Positions 28,501 through 37,920 of a stretch of 64,000 nt of DNA are shown here, piece by piece (the first letter of the stretch is position 1; the number at the start of each line of letters is the position of its first letter). The notes under the pieces are model-generated. The model was not told the origin of the DNA and ran no database searches. It worked only from the letters and a program-made list of their open reading frames with translations. This DNA is from a virus. Made by a program: the position numbers and the translations under genes. Location of the stretch: IMG/VR virus record IMGVR_UViG_3300024308_000028, positions 6,375-70,374 of that record; one strand, written 5' to 3'.

Positions 28501-29912
28501 GCAGCTTTGGCTACGACATTACCAGCAGCATTAAGACCAGCGAGGGTAGTACGTAGAGCAGGGCCAGTAGCAGCACCGACTGTACGAACAGCCGAACCAG
28601 GAGCTTGAGCAACTCCAGCAGAGCCGAAGCCATACAGAGCACCAAGGCCAGCTTGCTCACCAACACCTTTGAGTAAGTCTTGTTTTGCATCAACGTTACT
28701 CTTAATTGCACGGTTCTGTGCATACTGACCAGTACCAGACTGAATACCTTCCTCAACAGTTTCACGAAGCATGTTGGAGGCAGCACCAGCAAGGGAACCA
28801 ACCTTAAGTGGATTCAGTTCAAACTTGGATACCAGTGGGCCAGTTGCAGCAGCAACAGGAGCAGTAATGGCAGCAGCATCAATACCAGTCTCAGAGGCAG
28901 TCTGACGACGTGCTTCATCTGGAGACATACCATCAGCAATATGTTGTTGGTATACAGGAGACTTAGCCAGTAACTCAGCATGAGGCATCTTCATAATTTC
29001 AGATGCAGTCTGCTGGTAAGCACCACCAGCTTCCATAGCACCAATGGCTACGGCAGGGGCAGCAACACGACCTGCTTTAATAGCAGCAGTGGCTGGCTTA
29101 TAACCAAGTTCAGATGCAAGGGTAATGCCTCGTACAGCTTTCTCACCGAGCATAACTTTACCCAGTGCAGATACTCCACGAATCATTGGGCCACCCGTAA
29201 ACAGGGAACCAACACCTTCGCTTAAGCCGTCAGATGCTGCCATGCCATTATCGAGAGTATTGGCAACAGAGTCGAAAGCGTCACGACCAATGCGAGACAA
29301 AGAAGCAACAAGAGGACTTTCCCCATCTTTAATATCCTGGTCATATTGACGTTGGTTAGCCTGTGCAGAAATCTGGTTCTGATTAGCTACAACTTTACGG
29401 GTTGCATTCAGTGCATCAGATTGCAGACCATGAACACCTTCATTCAACCAATCCATCCCGGAAGCAATGGATGCCCCGGCATTATCATTGACCAGACCTG
29501 CCCCAAGAGCAGCAATGCCCCCAACGGTATTAGCAACACCAAGACCAACACCAGAAAGAGTATCACCCAATGCCTGTCCATTAGTGCGTTCCATAGACAA
29601 GTCTTGCCGTACTGCATCAGCAGCATTAGCCCGACTATTAAGAATTTGAAGACCTTGCTCAGTACCATACTTGGCAATGAGTTCTGTAGGGGAGGCTTGA
29701 GTAAAATCAGCCTGAATGGAGCCTGGGTTAAAGGCATCAGTACCTAAGTTACCGACACGACCAGTCTGGAGATTGTAAGCATTCTCAGGGGTTAGTTGGA
29801 AAGGGCTTTGCCCTTCAGTAGCTTGCTTCTGGGAGGTTGCAGTAGAGACATCGACTTGCTTTGCATTAGTGATGCTGTCTGCGAAACCTGCCAGACGGTC
29901 AAATGTTGACAT
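19563..29912 (-). CDS. Virion-encapsidated RNA polymerase (N4 gp50, vRNAP)
   Basis: About 3,449 aa; TRVGR, EADGVTNG (motif A), RGIAKNPLTITIYG (motif B), IFDG (motif C); no Cys seen, as in N4 vRNAP. Confidence 0.97.
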   Translation of the reverse strand: MSTFDRLAGFADSITNAKQVDVSTATSQKQATEGQSPFQLTPENAYNLQTGRVGNLGTDAFNPGSIQADFTQASPTELIAKYGTEQGLQILNSRANAADAVRQDLSMERTNGQALGDTLSGVGLGVANTVGGIAALGAGLVNDNAGASIASGMDWLNEGVHGLQSDALNATRKVVANQNQISAQANQRQYDQDIKDGESPLVASLSRIGRDAFDSVANTLDNGMAASDGLSEGVGSLFTGGPMIRGVSALGKVMLGEKAVRGITLASELGYKPATAAIKAGRVAAPAVAIGAMEAGGAYQQTASEIMKMPHAELLAKSPVYQQHIADGMSPDEARRQTASETGIDAAAITAPVAAATGPLVSKFELNPLKVGSLAGAASNMLRETVEEGIQSGTGQYAQNRAIKSNVDAKQDLLKGVGEQAGLGALYGFGSAGVAQAPGSAVRTVGAATGPALRTTLAGLNAAGNVVAKAASPITNILVQRGEEVARRNEQASPVADATVNAAAQEATQQAEQAQTTVADAVEAMDVSPEEKAAAHQYANDLTQAVNFDPVEMEQAHPAVRDAVSQSTNRVDAIQKMADLVNTAEDPNVQMEAAVNMYDNIMSLDSFVNRDPGALANLPKDSPAAAIVDQYSGLMANIQNTPKVLRAFRAIHSMIQEQAEAGQLKATENTTQQQADTIAMAADVSPEVLDADSVNMVLKHASEGKITLGNRQRAALQSAAAVLQGAREFDAKAEELGLRPQDIVSKQIKTDESRSNEGQYSALQHAKRIRSAYNSGNFDLASAYLDDFMKFAQHMQNKVGALNEHLVSGNADKNKSVHYEALSPSREWVRSRTGLGVNPYDTKSVKFAQQVGLEAKTVADIANALATAYPELNVSHVNITSLDSRLDKPAAQVVKEFRQGNLDAAQSQQTKEPVNQVDETPAEVQKAEPTVTPKAEPVVDNTAPVTESKAEPEKVTKTEPRKEEAATLTNEDTITQPTESKSEMENVFPLHNTEKTPNQFLKSFSLPAEPKSRTVGAESPMKDVGQALSSAARFETFTQKENNTLTPDVIERYKTLMGFGDKLKTTLSDRLAKFLATKNVGKRFAEGTEANRWVGGKLLNIVEQDGDTFKFNDQLLETAVLAGLQWRLTANQNAAPKDIKDIAAITGIEASLLPDGILATFDNAQTLVEATNSLAQKIESYWGLNRNPNAPLGYTKGIPMAMATEILSSLVEMGEVTETMLDVSEIDPDSNKTIGLYTIEKLDDNDAINKFPTAIEEAVLVEPEEKMYFGNDIPSVPQTQLRNPAVKNTPEQKAALKAEQATEFRVHEPMVNFYEALGRDNLLELMGAGTLNPEQLNVNTAKSLEGKNLSVAMAYDSLFGVISQIREQEAGLETPIHYGYNMTRVGRMQMLGKNNPQSSKLVREAILPTFATIDVSNENSQTFSDFQVGLAQALGIKVHNMSREAMSDKLTAALNGNLKPAVDMMVEFDKSGNLPTDAVNILNTALGVDKSFVALMALMEYARYLNAEDKTKFTTPLYVEADGVTNGPINAMVLMTGGKFTPDWIKNTAKGGLFFDKAGKTMNEHRSQDDSVDLYESSTNGLQQALNELRTTYRNNVPVMNQMNHLQNLMDLFIKDFNLNEDGSLDLKRGIAKNPLTITIYGSGARGIAGKMVSAITDTIYERFSDVLQARAKNPDISPAMAMFGKEAASEADAEAMLKTFLDSMEALTGNVTVMRKGQLSVQPADGAMTGKLDPQKFTVKGNALKNLQENMLHLFVEPMRTGIQNTVGEALMYSTEQLQKATQIQSLVLQDMFQQAVQDKLAEKEKDPTWKKGDFLTQKELNDIQDSLSSLAPMIETGSQTFYIAGSENTDVANQVLATNFDDRMRVPMSIYAPSQAGVAGIPFMTIGTGDGMMMQTLSTMKGAPKNTLKIFDGMNIGINDITDASRKANEAVYTSWQGNPIKNVYDSYAKFMKNVDFSKLSDETKKAIGKSALEYDQREGATDQDLMMAATQIERNLRNIALGVDIRHKVMTQVQTTVDQMAAVGSPYVNNGQVSLEGLTIDQQVAKLNELFDAELTKRRDAARAEKAEPVKEVPAMEQVGRVLKSGVRLLSNTAISKLAKEMTPEQQAVLNEVQKSLAAKDYKVVYGTPAQLDAYAIEKNITRPAPEDMEAAEAGNAYGWTNFEDKTIYLVTPSLETLVHELVHASTFESVLSHYEGTPNEAVQNIEDLMNQFRSLDVSNESPAMREAYADALNTINGHLSNGFIEPALSKAAALNEYMAWGLTNRELANKQKKTSALKTMIQSVYDAIKRLVFGRKKAPANADDMFSNLLFNSSVVMRSQAPTAAVSKDTTLFHSTAYGNNDRLSELGQTFDKLIVNYIGNEPVQQIIRKGKFSDAVVNATKVTRDVQAHGFTMNMQEQRLFTNIVAALATEAAISPAALSRAQEYYAHVTKNLSVESFMADPNSTNPADRYYAQQKFDTIMGANNIEFDAQGRSSLLPTFVGLAMVSEEVRNVLADIPVMKADKVSGNTVDAMLTNIGTSAMASLNARVSGDSKAANVQEGMDALAQTIMESALNAQSFYDSIATPSGNAIDRANQYVIDSMDKLADATLDKARTVAANTKNPLVKATAHAAQLVAAVATEKNGEIVAQGVMKAMNQGKVWQPFHDLVNDLTGRTKSNANVYDLIKAVRAQVQADRQQFREHLPTTISSKFSRKLTNEEWKAMHTGMGKTDLAVLRDTMSLDEIRDLLSDQKIVDREVNKLESDLQSQAGRNWPLINRKSKQLAQYMINGTVGNNLLRNATAISRLLGERTAAKSTVDVAKLDKLITLYALEAMNKSDRESLASLAQSEAEGMDFATSYLVGQRKDEMTKATADDRAALNHYKGYIPSENKQGVNLIVAEDSQFSDLLEKSYTRLGAYQGSSADRGRARSYYFSPVQAQAPFSQGILQNVRDTANGVDMGTGFTMGTMVAGRITDKPSVERITKALARGERGNEPLMPIYDNNGRVVAYEQSIDPNMLQHIAGENHLAKAIGVWRGRQVEEAKAQQFNDMLIENLHDMYEKDIAESASNKSQYVNLLGSKLDPVTADALRLMNSETRRKAESLFGDGEFWVRRDMLNDALGYRSASVGDAWSGNSRWSPETLSNFKKAMLGVFGNSAYKYTMGGENLIQNVIKDAKTLIVVKSVVVPAVNFLANLYQMVARGVPVKNIAQGIPQKTSEINQYLKTRLRQVDAEAELRAATNPNQVRKLKAEIQSITDSHKRMSIWPLLEAGEFSSIADAGIGRDDILITEGKVYEYLDSLANKLPKAVRTAGRYALITKDTALFQGIQKTVEYSDFIAKAIIYDELTKRKGKSKEEALGRVTEEFVNYDRLPGRFRGYMESMGLMWFYNFKIRSAKVAVSMIRNNPVHAAMAMLAPTPTMFGNVGLPIQDNIFSIAAQGRLDYSWGFGQGLRAHNLNPWVNLVN

Positions 29913-29976
29913 GGCTTGTTTCCTGTTCAAACTTATATCGTATAAGAGAACTCACTGTACAGTAAGTGAGTGTAAG

Positions 29977-29999
29977 AAAAAAGCCCCGTATGGGGCTTT
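29977..29999 (-). terminator. Intrinsic terminator
   Basis: aaagccccgtatggggcttt hairpin with a minus-strand T-tract. Confidence 0.65.
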
Positions 30000-30015
30000 A
30001 TTAGTATGAAGTAAA

Positions 30016-31971
30016 TCAGCGAGGTTGCATATAGGCCGGAGTACCTTCTGCTAATTGACGGTATCGTCTAGCTCTTGCCTCATCCTCATTGGCTCGTGCA
30101 CGGTTCACAGAAGCTTCCGACTGGAATCCTCTTGGAGCCAGGTTAGCTGGGTCAGCTTGTACTTGACCCTGCGCAGCCTGAAGCATAGCAGCAGCTTTTT
30201 GAACGGCTGCCTGTCGTGCTGGCAGTAGAGCAACCAATCCACTCTGACCAGTAGCAATCTTGTTCTGAGTGTTTGTGAGTGCAGCCACAGCAGCATCATA
30301 AGCCGTTTGTGCACCCTGGATATTCTGAATAGCCTGAGCACGTCCGAGGTTACGTACACTACCTTCCAGAGGTTCACCACGGTTAACACCCTCAATGAGT
30401 TGGTCTACCTGACGGTCATTAAGACGTAAGCCGTTACCAGCTTCGTTAGTAATGAACGGGTTAAGTGCATCAACACCACGACTAATGAAACCTTCTGGTA
30501 CGTTAGTAGTAGCACGACGCATAACAGCAGCAGCCAATGCTGGAGACATATTCCCACGTTGGGAGATGTCATTCAGACGGGCAACAACCCACTGCTTATC
30601 AGCACCCTTGAAATCACCTTGCAGTAACTTATCAGCTACTTCACCTACAGGTGAATCATCATTCAGGGAACCAAGGAAGTCAGTATTCAGACTGCCACGG
30701 TTATCCTGCATAGAACGGGAACCAATCATACCCGATGCCAGAGTAGATACTGCCTGATTACCCTGAGCAGCAGTTACCATAGCTAATGGGTCAGCACCAA
30801 CTTCGGCCTGAGCAATAACAGGTTTAACCTGTTCCCAGGTCATATCCTTATAAGCACCCGGAGTAGCATTAGGAAGTGCAGCCCACGTATCTTTCAGATT
30901 GCCATTCTTACGAGCTTCGAAGATAGCCTTACCGAGTTTATCCTGGTTCTCAGCAGAGAGTGGCTGGTTCTGCCAGTCAGCACCAAGCACTTTAGGAGCA
31001 AAGTCCTGAAGGGTAGCTTGGTTAATCTGGAATGCACCAACAGGTGAAGCACCCAGGTTAGTCTTCATACCATCCTGGTGTTTAATAACATCCCCAATCT
31101 TCATCTGAGTAATTGGGGTAGGTGTAGCAGTAAAGCCGAAGGTAGTGTCGTAAGGGCTACCTTGACGAGTACCAGCAGTACCTGGTGCAGAAGGTGCACC
31201 TACACCGTTGCCATATACGCCCGGATAAGTCTGAGCCAGCATACCCTGTAAGCGAGCCTGTGCTGTAGGAGACAGTTGCTTACTATAAGCCTCTGCCAGA
31301 ATACGAGCATCATTCGGGTTCTCAGCACCACGGGTAATCTGAGACATAACCCCGATAGCAGCTTGCTGGTCAGCATCATCACGCATAGAAGTACCGAGGT
31401 TAAATCGGGACTGTTGCTGATTAATAGCCTGACCACCCTGACCTTGCAGGATACCTTGCATACGCAACTGTTCATCAGCAGGCAGTGAAGACAGAGCATC
31501 ACCCACTTGTTGCTGTGCAGCTTGAATCTGCTTAGGGTCACCTGACTGATAAGCCAGAGATAACTGACGTACAGCAGGAGAAGCAGCATCCATTGCAGCA
31601 TCAGTATCCTGAAGACGACCAAAGCGATATTGGTTAAATGCGTTAGTACCAGCTTGCCCTTCCTGGTTCAACAAAGTACCTGCACGTTCATCCAAACCTT
31701 GCAAAGTACGCTGACTTACCAGAGTAGGGTCAACGCCCTGGAACAAAGCACCGGAAGCCAGAGCATTACGATACTCAGTAGGGTCTTGGAAACGCATTGC
31801 GTTCATCATGACAGCATTGCCAGCATCCTGACGAGCAGCGTTCTGGAAGTTACCCAGAGCATCGCTTAATCCACCAGTGGCATTACCAATCATGTTTCCA
31901 AATGTGCGAATGCTTTCACCAACTCCAGAGAAGTTAGGTGCATCAACATTTCGCCAAGTAATTTGAGCCAT
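30016..31971 (-). CDS. Virion ejection protein (N4 gp51-like) with a lysozyme-like domain
   Basis: MAQITWRNV N-terminus; internal SPVGAFQINQATL...ENQD...LKDTWAALP motif; adjacent to vRNAP. Confidence 0.8.
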   Translation of the reverse strand: MAQITWRNVDAPNFSGVGESIRTFGNMIGNATGGLSDALGNFQNAARQDAGNAVMMNAMRFQDPTEYRNALASGALFQGVDPTLVSQRTLQGLDERAGTLLNQEGQAGTNAFNQYRFGRLQDTDAAMDAASPAVRQLSLAYQSGDPKQIQAAQQQVGDALSSLPADEQLRMQGILQGQGGQAINQQQSRFNLGTSMRDDADQQAAIGVMSQITRGAENPNDARILAEAYSKQLSPTAQARLQGMLAQTYPGVYGNGVGAPSAPGTAGTRQGSPYDTTFGFTATPTPITQMKIGDVIKHQDGMKTNLGASPVGAFQINQATLQDFAPKVLGADWQNQPLSAENQDKLGKAIFEARKNGNLKDTWAALPNATPGAYKDMTWEQVKPVIAQAEVGADPLAMVTAAQGNQAVSTLASGMIGSRSMQDNRGSLNTDFLGSLNDDSPVGEVADKLLQGDFKGADKQWVVARLNDISQRGNMSPALAAAVMRRATTNVPEGFISRGVDALNPFITNEAGNGLRLNDRQVDQLIEGVNRGEPLEGSVRNLGRAQAIQNIQGAQTAYDAAVAALTNTQNKIATGQSGLVALLPARQAAVQKAAAMLQAAQGQVQADPANLAPRGFQSEASVNRARANEDEARARRYRQLAEGTPAYMQPR

Positions 31972-31983
31972 GATGGTTTCCTA

Positions 31984-32442
31984 TTAACGAGACAGTTTAT
32001 TCTTCTCGATGTATGCGTCAGCAGAAGCCTGGTCACGGTTCTCTGCTACTGCACGGCTACGAGCACGGTCTTCTAACGCAGTGTTATAAGACTTAATCTG
32101 GTTGTTCAGGTTAGTGTTAGTAATGTCTTTAGTGAAAGACAACTGGTCTTTAGCCAGTCGGTTAGCCTGAAAACCACCATAGATATTTGCCAGAGAACCA
32201 AGTGCACCAAGCCCTAACTGGAAAGTAGGGATGTTCATACCCAACTGACCGAATGTACCAGCACCACCCACACTGTTCAGAGCAGGGGTATTACTGGCAT
32301 TACCAGTAAAGTCCATACCGATTGTCTGCCCCGGCTGATAAGCCATAGCCGGAGATGTAAAGTTCTGGTTGTTCTGCCCAGAAAGCCAGGACATAGAGCC
32401 AGCATTCTGAGTAGGATTACCAGTAAGGAAGTTCAAATCCAT
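31984..32442 (-). CDS. Small virion/ejection protein (N4 gp52-like)
   Basis: 152 aa, Gly-rich hydrophobic segment, SYNTALEDRARSR; syntenic. Confidence 0.78.
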   Translation of the reverse strand: MDLNFLTGNPTQNAGSMSWLSGQNNQNFTSPAMAYQPGQTIGMDFTGNASNTPALNSVGGAGTFGQLGMNIPTFQLGLGALGSLANIYGGFQANRLAKDQLSFTKDITNTNLNNQIKSYNTALEDRARSRAVAENRDQASADAYIEKNKLSR

Positions 32443-32452
32443 AATGGATTCC

Positions 32453-35092
32453 TCAAGTATTTTGGTCTAATGAAAGGGTTAAGTCAGTTAACCCACCAAT
32501 CATATCCATAGACATACCAGCAATATCTGAGCCAGTAAGCAAGGTACGAGAGAGGAATGTATCCAGCGATTCTATTGATACAAACGACATTGGGTCAATA
32601 ACACCCATACCATCTGTACCAAACATTTCCTCATACTTCGCCTGTACAGCTTTAGAATCAGTATTGTACTGCTGCATGATACGTTCTGCTTCACGAATGG
32701 TATCAACAGTAGACGCATTAATATACTGACTAATTCCATTACCTACAGCAGAGGTCAGTTGCATGATGTTCTGAGCATTCATCATATTGCCCATCATAGT
32801 GGACATGGATGCACCAGTAGACAATGCAGAACCTACGTTCATTGCTACCATAGAAGCAACTGCTGCAACAATGAAACCAATCTTATCACCAAAGAGGGAA
32901 GTAGATACTTTAGTCACGATAGAGATAAGAACCATTGCAGCAATAGCATTCGCTACAGCACCCACAATTACAGCAGCTAATCCAGCAAAGCCAAGTGCAG
33001 CACCTACCGTACCATATGCCCCAAGGATACCTGCCCCACCAGCACCTGCCGTATAGATGGACACAACAATAGCAACCACAATAACTACTACTTTGAATGC
33101 ACCAGTCTGATACCACTTCTGCTTAACTTTCTTATACGAGTTCATGATTAAGTATGAACATGCAGTAGAAAGTTGCGTACTACGGGTAAGAGACATAGAG
33201 CGATAAATATTGGTATGCAGTGGGATAATGAAGCCCGACTCTTCCGAGTCTTCCATAGCTTCTGCACAGTCAATACCAACAGATTTATTCTTATATACCT
33301 TGTTATTGTGATGTAGTCCAAGCACACGTAAGCGGCGGTATGTACTAGCACTATCCTGCCAGAGTAATTCAAACTCCTGCATGTTAGTAACAGAGGGTAC
33401 GTTAACAAACTCACCATCAGAAGTAGTTCGGAAACTGCTTTTAGACAGTGCAATATTGCCAGCATAGCGAGACTTTAACTGACCTTGCTTGGCTCCAGTC
33501 CATGCTTGCCCTGAATGAGTAGTCTCAAATACGAAGTTCCATTCAATGGTCATATCGTATTTGTAGCCCTTGTTGCTACTAACCCGGAACGTTCTCTTAG
33601 GAATAGTCGGGTACTGTGGTGGAGGGGGTGGATTACCAGCAGAATGGTTACCATTCTTCCACCAATCGTAGTAAGCCTCAGCAGCTACGTTGGCATCAGC
33701 ATATCCCTGAATAACAGCTTCCAGTGTTGGATACTGTGGGTCAGGTGGGAATGCTTCAGTAGCCATCTGGAAGAAACGGTAAATATACTCTTTAGCCGTA
33801 TCCTCCGGTGTATTCAGAGAAACACCAAACGTACCGTAGATGTACTGAATATCCCCAATCTTATCGTTCTTCTTGAGTTCAGTTACAACTTCATCAAGTT
33901 TACCCCCGGTAGCCTTCCTCATTGCTTTTTTGCAATCAGGGTAGATAGGGTCATTCTCAACCCAACGCTTATCGTTTCGGATTGGAATGAATGGGTAAAA
34001 ACGGTTATCCGATGCAGGGGTATCAAACAGAGCATCCAGTGTAGCGTTACCATCACCCTGTTTATAAATAAACATGTGAGCGTCACCAGCAGCAGACATC
34101 GTTGTATCGTTCTTCGTTGTCTGAGAGGTGTAGTAAATAGTTAAGAAGTCACCAGTAGTTTCAGTAACTGTGGTTACAGTTACCCCACCAATCACTTCTG
34201 TTTCAGTGGTACTTGTTGAACCAGGTTCAACCTTGCCACGTTTAGTCTGAGTCATTACCCGGTTAGAGAGGATTACAGTTCCCTCATCTGGGTTAAAGGT
34301 AAACCCACGTTTATAGATATTTACGTAAGATACCCAGTCCTCAGTAACCACCTGTGGAGTAGTAGTCACCTCATCAGGACGACCATCAGAGTAGGACTTA
34401 GTTACCTTAACAGTCTGGTTCAGGTCGGCAGACTCAGGGTTATCTGTCTCAGATACAGTAGTCCATAAGAAGGTAGACGGTAAGTCTGATTCATTCTCAT
34501 AGATGTCATCAGGCCCAATATCAGGGGGCTGAACAGTAGGCTGTTCGTAATACGTGTAATCTACATAGAGATACAAAGCACCCGGCACAAAGTTAACAGG
34601 GGTGAAAGTAATATCAGGACTACCATCAGCAGGTGTCATGGTAATGAGATTAGTATCCTCGTCGATATCAATTTCAAATTCTTCCATGATACGGTCGGGG
34701 TAATTCTCATACATATACTGGTCACACCATTCTGCAAAGTCAGCGAACCCAATTTCTGCTCGCTGAACCAGGATGGTTTTTCCACTTTGCTGAGGTAATT
34801 GACTGGCTACTAAGTCAGGGTCAACTTTAGCCAGTACACCTAATGAACTTGCAGCCATACCAACTTTGTCATCGTAGTGGTTCTTGCTCCATGAAGAGAA
34901 CAAACGCATACGTATACCAGGCCCATTCAGATAACTATCAGAGATAGTGTCTGCCATAGTGAAGTTGGTATTGGAGAGCATCCCACCAATGACCGTAGTC
35001 TTCATATAGTTAGGGCGTTGGTTTACATCCCCTGCCAGATTATAGGCAGAGGATGCTACGTAGATTTTTGTCTTCCCAGAGAAGAGTCCCAT
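32453..35092 (-). CDS. Structural/morphogenesis protein (N4 gp53-like)
   Basis: 879 aa, MGLFSGKTKIYVASS start, C-terminal hydrophobic region after KKVKQKWYQ. Confidence 0.78.
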   Translation of the reverse strand: MGLFSGKTKIYVASSAYNLAGDVNQRPNYMKTTVIGGMLSNTNFTMADTISDSYLNGPGIRMRLFSSWSKNHYDDKVGMAASSLGVLAKVDPDLVASQLPQQSGKTILVQRAEIGFADFAEWCDQYMYENYPDRIMEEFEIDIDEDTNLITMTPADGSPDITFTPVNFVPGALYLYVDYTYYEQPTVQPPDIGPDDIYENESDLPSTFLWTTVSETDNPESADLNQTVKVTKSYSDGRPDEVTTTPQVVTEDWVSYVNIYKRGFTFNPDEGTVILSNRVMTQTKRGKVEPGSTSTTETEVIGGVTVTTVTETTGDFLTIYYTSQTTKNDTTMSAAGDAHMFIYKQGDGNATLDALFDTPASDNRFYPFIPIRNDKRWVENDPIYPDCKKAMRKATGGKLDEVVTELKKNDKIGDIQYIYGTFGVSLNTPEDTAKEYIYRFFQMATEAFPPDPQYPTLEAVIQGYADANVAAEAYYDWWKNGNHSAGNPPPPPQYPTIPKRTFRVSSNKGYKYDMTIEWNFVFETTHSGQAWTGAKQGQLKSRYAGNIALSKSSFRTTSDGEFVNVPSVTNMQEFELLWQDSASTYRRLRVLGLHHNNKVYKNKSVGIDCAEAMEDSEESGFIIPLHTNIYRSMSLTRSTQLSTACSYLIMNSYKKVKQKWYQTGAFKVVVIVVAIVVSIYTAGAGGAGILGAYGTVGAALGFAGLAAVIVGAVANAIAAMVLISIVTKVSTSLFGDKIGFIVAAVASMVAMNVGSALSTGASMSTMMGNMMNAQNIMQLTSAVGNGISQYINASTVDTIREAERIMQQYNTDSKAVQAKYEEMFGTDGMGVIDPMSFVSIESLDTFLSRTLLTGSDIAGMSMDMIGGLTDLTLSLDQNT

Positions 35093-35096
35093 TCGA

Positions 35097-35933
35097 TTAA
35101 CCCAGTTTGTTATTAGTTTTCAGAGTAGTAAGAATCGGGTCGAGGCTGGCATTAGTAAAGCCAGTAGGTGGAACCAGACCTTCATCAATAGTCTTCTGAG
35201 TAATCCACGCATCAGTAAACAGCTTGGCAGCTTTAACCTCAGCATCACGCTGGTAGCTAACAATCTGCTGGGTATACAGTTCTTTTTGTTTACCAATGGA
35301 ACCAGATACAGAAGCACCGTCTGAGCGATTGTCCAGAGTCTGTGCACGTTGTGCTTCAGTCTGTTCAATAATCAGTTTCAATTGCTGAGGCAGAGTCTTC
35401 TCTACATTAAACAATGCAGCACAGTAGTTTTCTGACTCAGTGGAAAGACGGAGCTTAGTAAGAGCATATTCACTCTTAGCAGTAAGAGCCTGGAACTTAG
35501 CCAGCACGTACTGAGCTTTAGAGGTTGCCAGTGCAACACGAGCAGTAACAGCCTGAATCTGTGCCATAGCAGCAGCCCAGTATGCCTGGTCACGGCCTAA
35601 CAGATATTGGGTAGCATTGCCCATACAGGACTCTAAAGTAGCAATGTAAGCTTTGGTGTATTCACCACCAGTAATGCGACCTTCTTTAAATTCCTGCTTA
35701 AGGTGTGCAGACGCAGATGCCATTAAAGCATCAAACGTACCGGAGCCACCTACAGTACGGGTAGTCAGGTCTTCGTTGGTTAAGCGAGTAACTTCTGCAA
35801 AGATTGGTGAACCGTCACCACCTGGGATATCCCATTCCGGGCCGGACATATCAATATTAGGGAGAGTGAAATCTTCCCCTTCTGTAAGAGCAGCCAACAA
35901 TCGGTTAGCTTCTACCTCTGCACCACATGACAT
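35097..35933 (-). CDS. Structural tail protein (N4 gp54-like)
   Basis: 278 aa, G.GTFDALM..HL..EF..GRITG.EY motif; syntenic. Confidence 0.78.
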   Translation of the reverse strand: MSCGAEVEANRLLAALTEGEDFTLPNIDMSGPEWDIPGGDGSPIFAEVTRLTNEDLTTRTVGGSGTFDALMASASAHLKQEFKEGRITGGEYTKAYIATLESCMGNATQYLLGRDQAYWAAAMAQIQAVTARVALATSKAQYVLAKFQALTAKSEYALTKLRLSTESENYCAALFNVEKTLPQQLKLIIEQTEAQRAQTLDNRSDGASVSGSIGKQKELYTQQIVSYQRDAEVKAAKLFTDAWITQKTIDEGLVPPTGFTNASLDPILTTLKTNNKLG

Positions 35934-36006
35934 AGTGTTATCCTCTGTAAAAAGAAACGGCTCACGGAGTTTACCCAGTGAGCCGTGTTAGCCAGTAGAT
36001 TAACTG

Positions 36007-36636
36007 TTAGTCGTTCAGACTACCAGCAGCAATCTGTGCAGAAGCCAGTCGGTCAAGTTCTTCCTGGGTCAGTTGAGGAAGAACCTCAATCGAGAACTCA
36101 CGAATCCAACCCTGCTCAATACGAGGCTGACCATTCTTGCCTTTGAGAACACGGATGTTCTGGAACTTACGGTTCTTCAGGAACTCGTAAATACAGTATG
36201 GAATATGATAGCCCTCATCGGTAGCTTCACCGAATGGAACGAACTTACGAACAGTACCCATGTACTCATTGGCTACAGTGATGATTTCACCAGGCAGGTC
36301 TTTTTTCTTAGGGTCAAGGTTCTGAATACGTACTCGAACCAGACGTAATTGCTCTTGGCGAATCTTCTGACCGAGGGTCATTTTCTTAACTGGAGCAGGT
36401 GCTTCACCCAGTGGATTCTCTTCAGCTACTCCCACTTCTGGTTCATCCTTTACCTGTGCAGCTTCAATTTTTTTACGAAGTGCTTCAACCCCAATGTTAT
36501 TAGAGAACTGAATATTCATCAACGTTGCACGTTGCTTAAGAACTTCAAGTTCGCTAGGCATTGCAATATCGTTAACGGTATCGTCGTTGCCCTGGGTTTC
36601 TACAACCTCAGTGGTCGGTTTATCGTTAATGCTCAT
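36007..36636 (-). CDS. Conserved protein (N4 gp55-like)
   Basis: 209 aa, directly downstream of the major capsid gene. Confidence 0.75.
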   Translation of the reverse strand: MSINDKPTTEVVETQGNDDTVNDIAMPSELEVLKQRATLMNIQFSNNIGVEALRKKIEAAQVKDEPEVGVAEENPLGEAPAPVKKMTLGQKIRQEQLRLVRVRIQNLDPKKKDLPGEIITVANEYMGTVRKFVPFGEATDEGYHIPYCIYEFLKNRKFQNIRVLKGKNGQPRIEQGWIREFSIEVLPQLTQEELDRLASAQIAAGSLND

Positions 36637-36663
36637 GTTAGTGTTTCCTGTGATTCGTTAATA

Positions 36664-36691
36664 AAGGGGGAGCTTTGCTCCCCCATTTTTT
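36664..36691 (-). terminator. Hairpin/terminator after the major capsid gene
   Basis: gggggagc-ttt-gctccccc hairpin. Confidence 0.65.
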
Positions 36692-36702
36692 AATTCAGAC
36701 TA

Positions 36703-37905
36703 TTACAGTGGAGCAACAGTCTTGATGATTGCCAGACGTTCTGGACGCTTAACCAGGATACCATAGTACCACTTGATTGAGCTGAAGCCAGTCTCACCAT
36801 ACGGGTCGTTACGGTCAGCAGTTTCTTTACCAGGCATCTTGGTCATGACGGTAAACTTAACAGACTTACCATCGGTCTGGAAGCCGATAGAGGTAAAGGA
36901 ATCGTCACCAACAACCAGCATTGGGAACACGTCATAGTGCTCAGTACCACCAACAGAGGTAGAACGATAACCTGGGTTAGTACCTACAGCAGCACCTGCA
37001 CCTGCCCAATGCAGCATCTCAGGAACCTGGATGATACGGAACTTGTCGATAGAACCGACTTCACCGTTCATCAGAGTACCAGCATCAGCGTAGTGCTGAA
37101 TTTCGATGAATGCTTTGTTACCGAACAGGTCTTTCATTGCCTTCAGTTCAGGCACCAGTTCAGAACCTACATACATCACACGAGTACCACCGATGACTTT
37201 GGTGTCAATCAGACGGGAACCAGTGATGATAGTAGTTTGGGTAGGAGTACGGTTCTCAGTCAGAATCTGGTCAAGACGCATCAGGTTCTTGTAAGAAACA
37301 ACAGAAGGAGTAGTACCTTCACCAGTGATGGTTGCATCAGAGGTAGCAGCACCTGCATACAGTACTGTACCAGCAGCAGCCAGCAGGTCTTTCTGGAGAA
37401 CAGCTTCGGTCAGTTGAACTGCACCGTTCATCAGTTCACGTGCCAGGTGTTCTTTCAGGCCATCGTCAGAATCGAAGTCCAGGGATTCCTGGGTGAATTC
37501 ATAGAAGAAGCCGAACTTGTGAATAGAACCTTCACGAGCCAGACGAGTAAAACCAACACGGTTAACACGTCCACCGTTCTCAGTCAGCAGAGGCAGCTTA
37601 GAGGTAATGTTACCGATGTCTTTGCTGGAGCCGTACAGGTTACCGTTAACGATGGTAGCACCGTTAGCATCAATACCCTGGTCGTTGATGTTCTTATCGT
37701 CCAGCAGAGGAACGTACTCGTAAACCTTAATGGTTTTACCGTAGTTCTTCGGCATGTTGGTTACAGTTGCCAGAGGCATGAAGTACTGGTCTTTACGAGA
37801 CTGGATGATTGCTTTCTTCAGCCAGAAGAAGGTATTCATCTGGTCAGAGCCAGCACCATCAATGCTGGATTTCTGGCCGTCAATCGGAGCGTTATAGTTC
37901 AACAT
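36703..37905 (-). CDS. Major capsid protein (N4-gp56 family)
   Basis: 400 aa; [38 protein letters not shown] and [13 protein letters not shown] motifs. Confidence 0.96.
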   Translation of the reverse strand: MLNYNAPIDGQKSSIDGAGSDQMNTFFWLKKAIIQSRKDQYFMPLATVTNMPKNYGKTIKVYEYVPLLDDKNINDQGIDANGATIVNGNLYGSSKDIGNITSKLPLLTENGGRVNRVGFTRLAREGSIHKFGFFYEFTQESLDFDSDDGLKEHLARELMNGAVQLTEAVLQKDLLAAAGTVLYAGAATSDATITGEGTTPSVVSYKNLMRLDQILTENRTPTQTTIITGSRLIDTKVIGGTRVMYVGSELVPELKAMKDLFGNKAFIEIQHYADAGTLMNGEVGSIDKFRIIQVPEMLHWAGAGAAVGTNPGYRSTSVGGTEHYDVFPMLVVGDDSFTSIGFQTDGKSVKFTVMTKMPGKETADRNDPYGETGFSSIKWYYGILVKRPERLAIIKTVAPL

Positions 37906-37920
37906 AATAATCGTATCCTG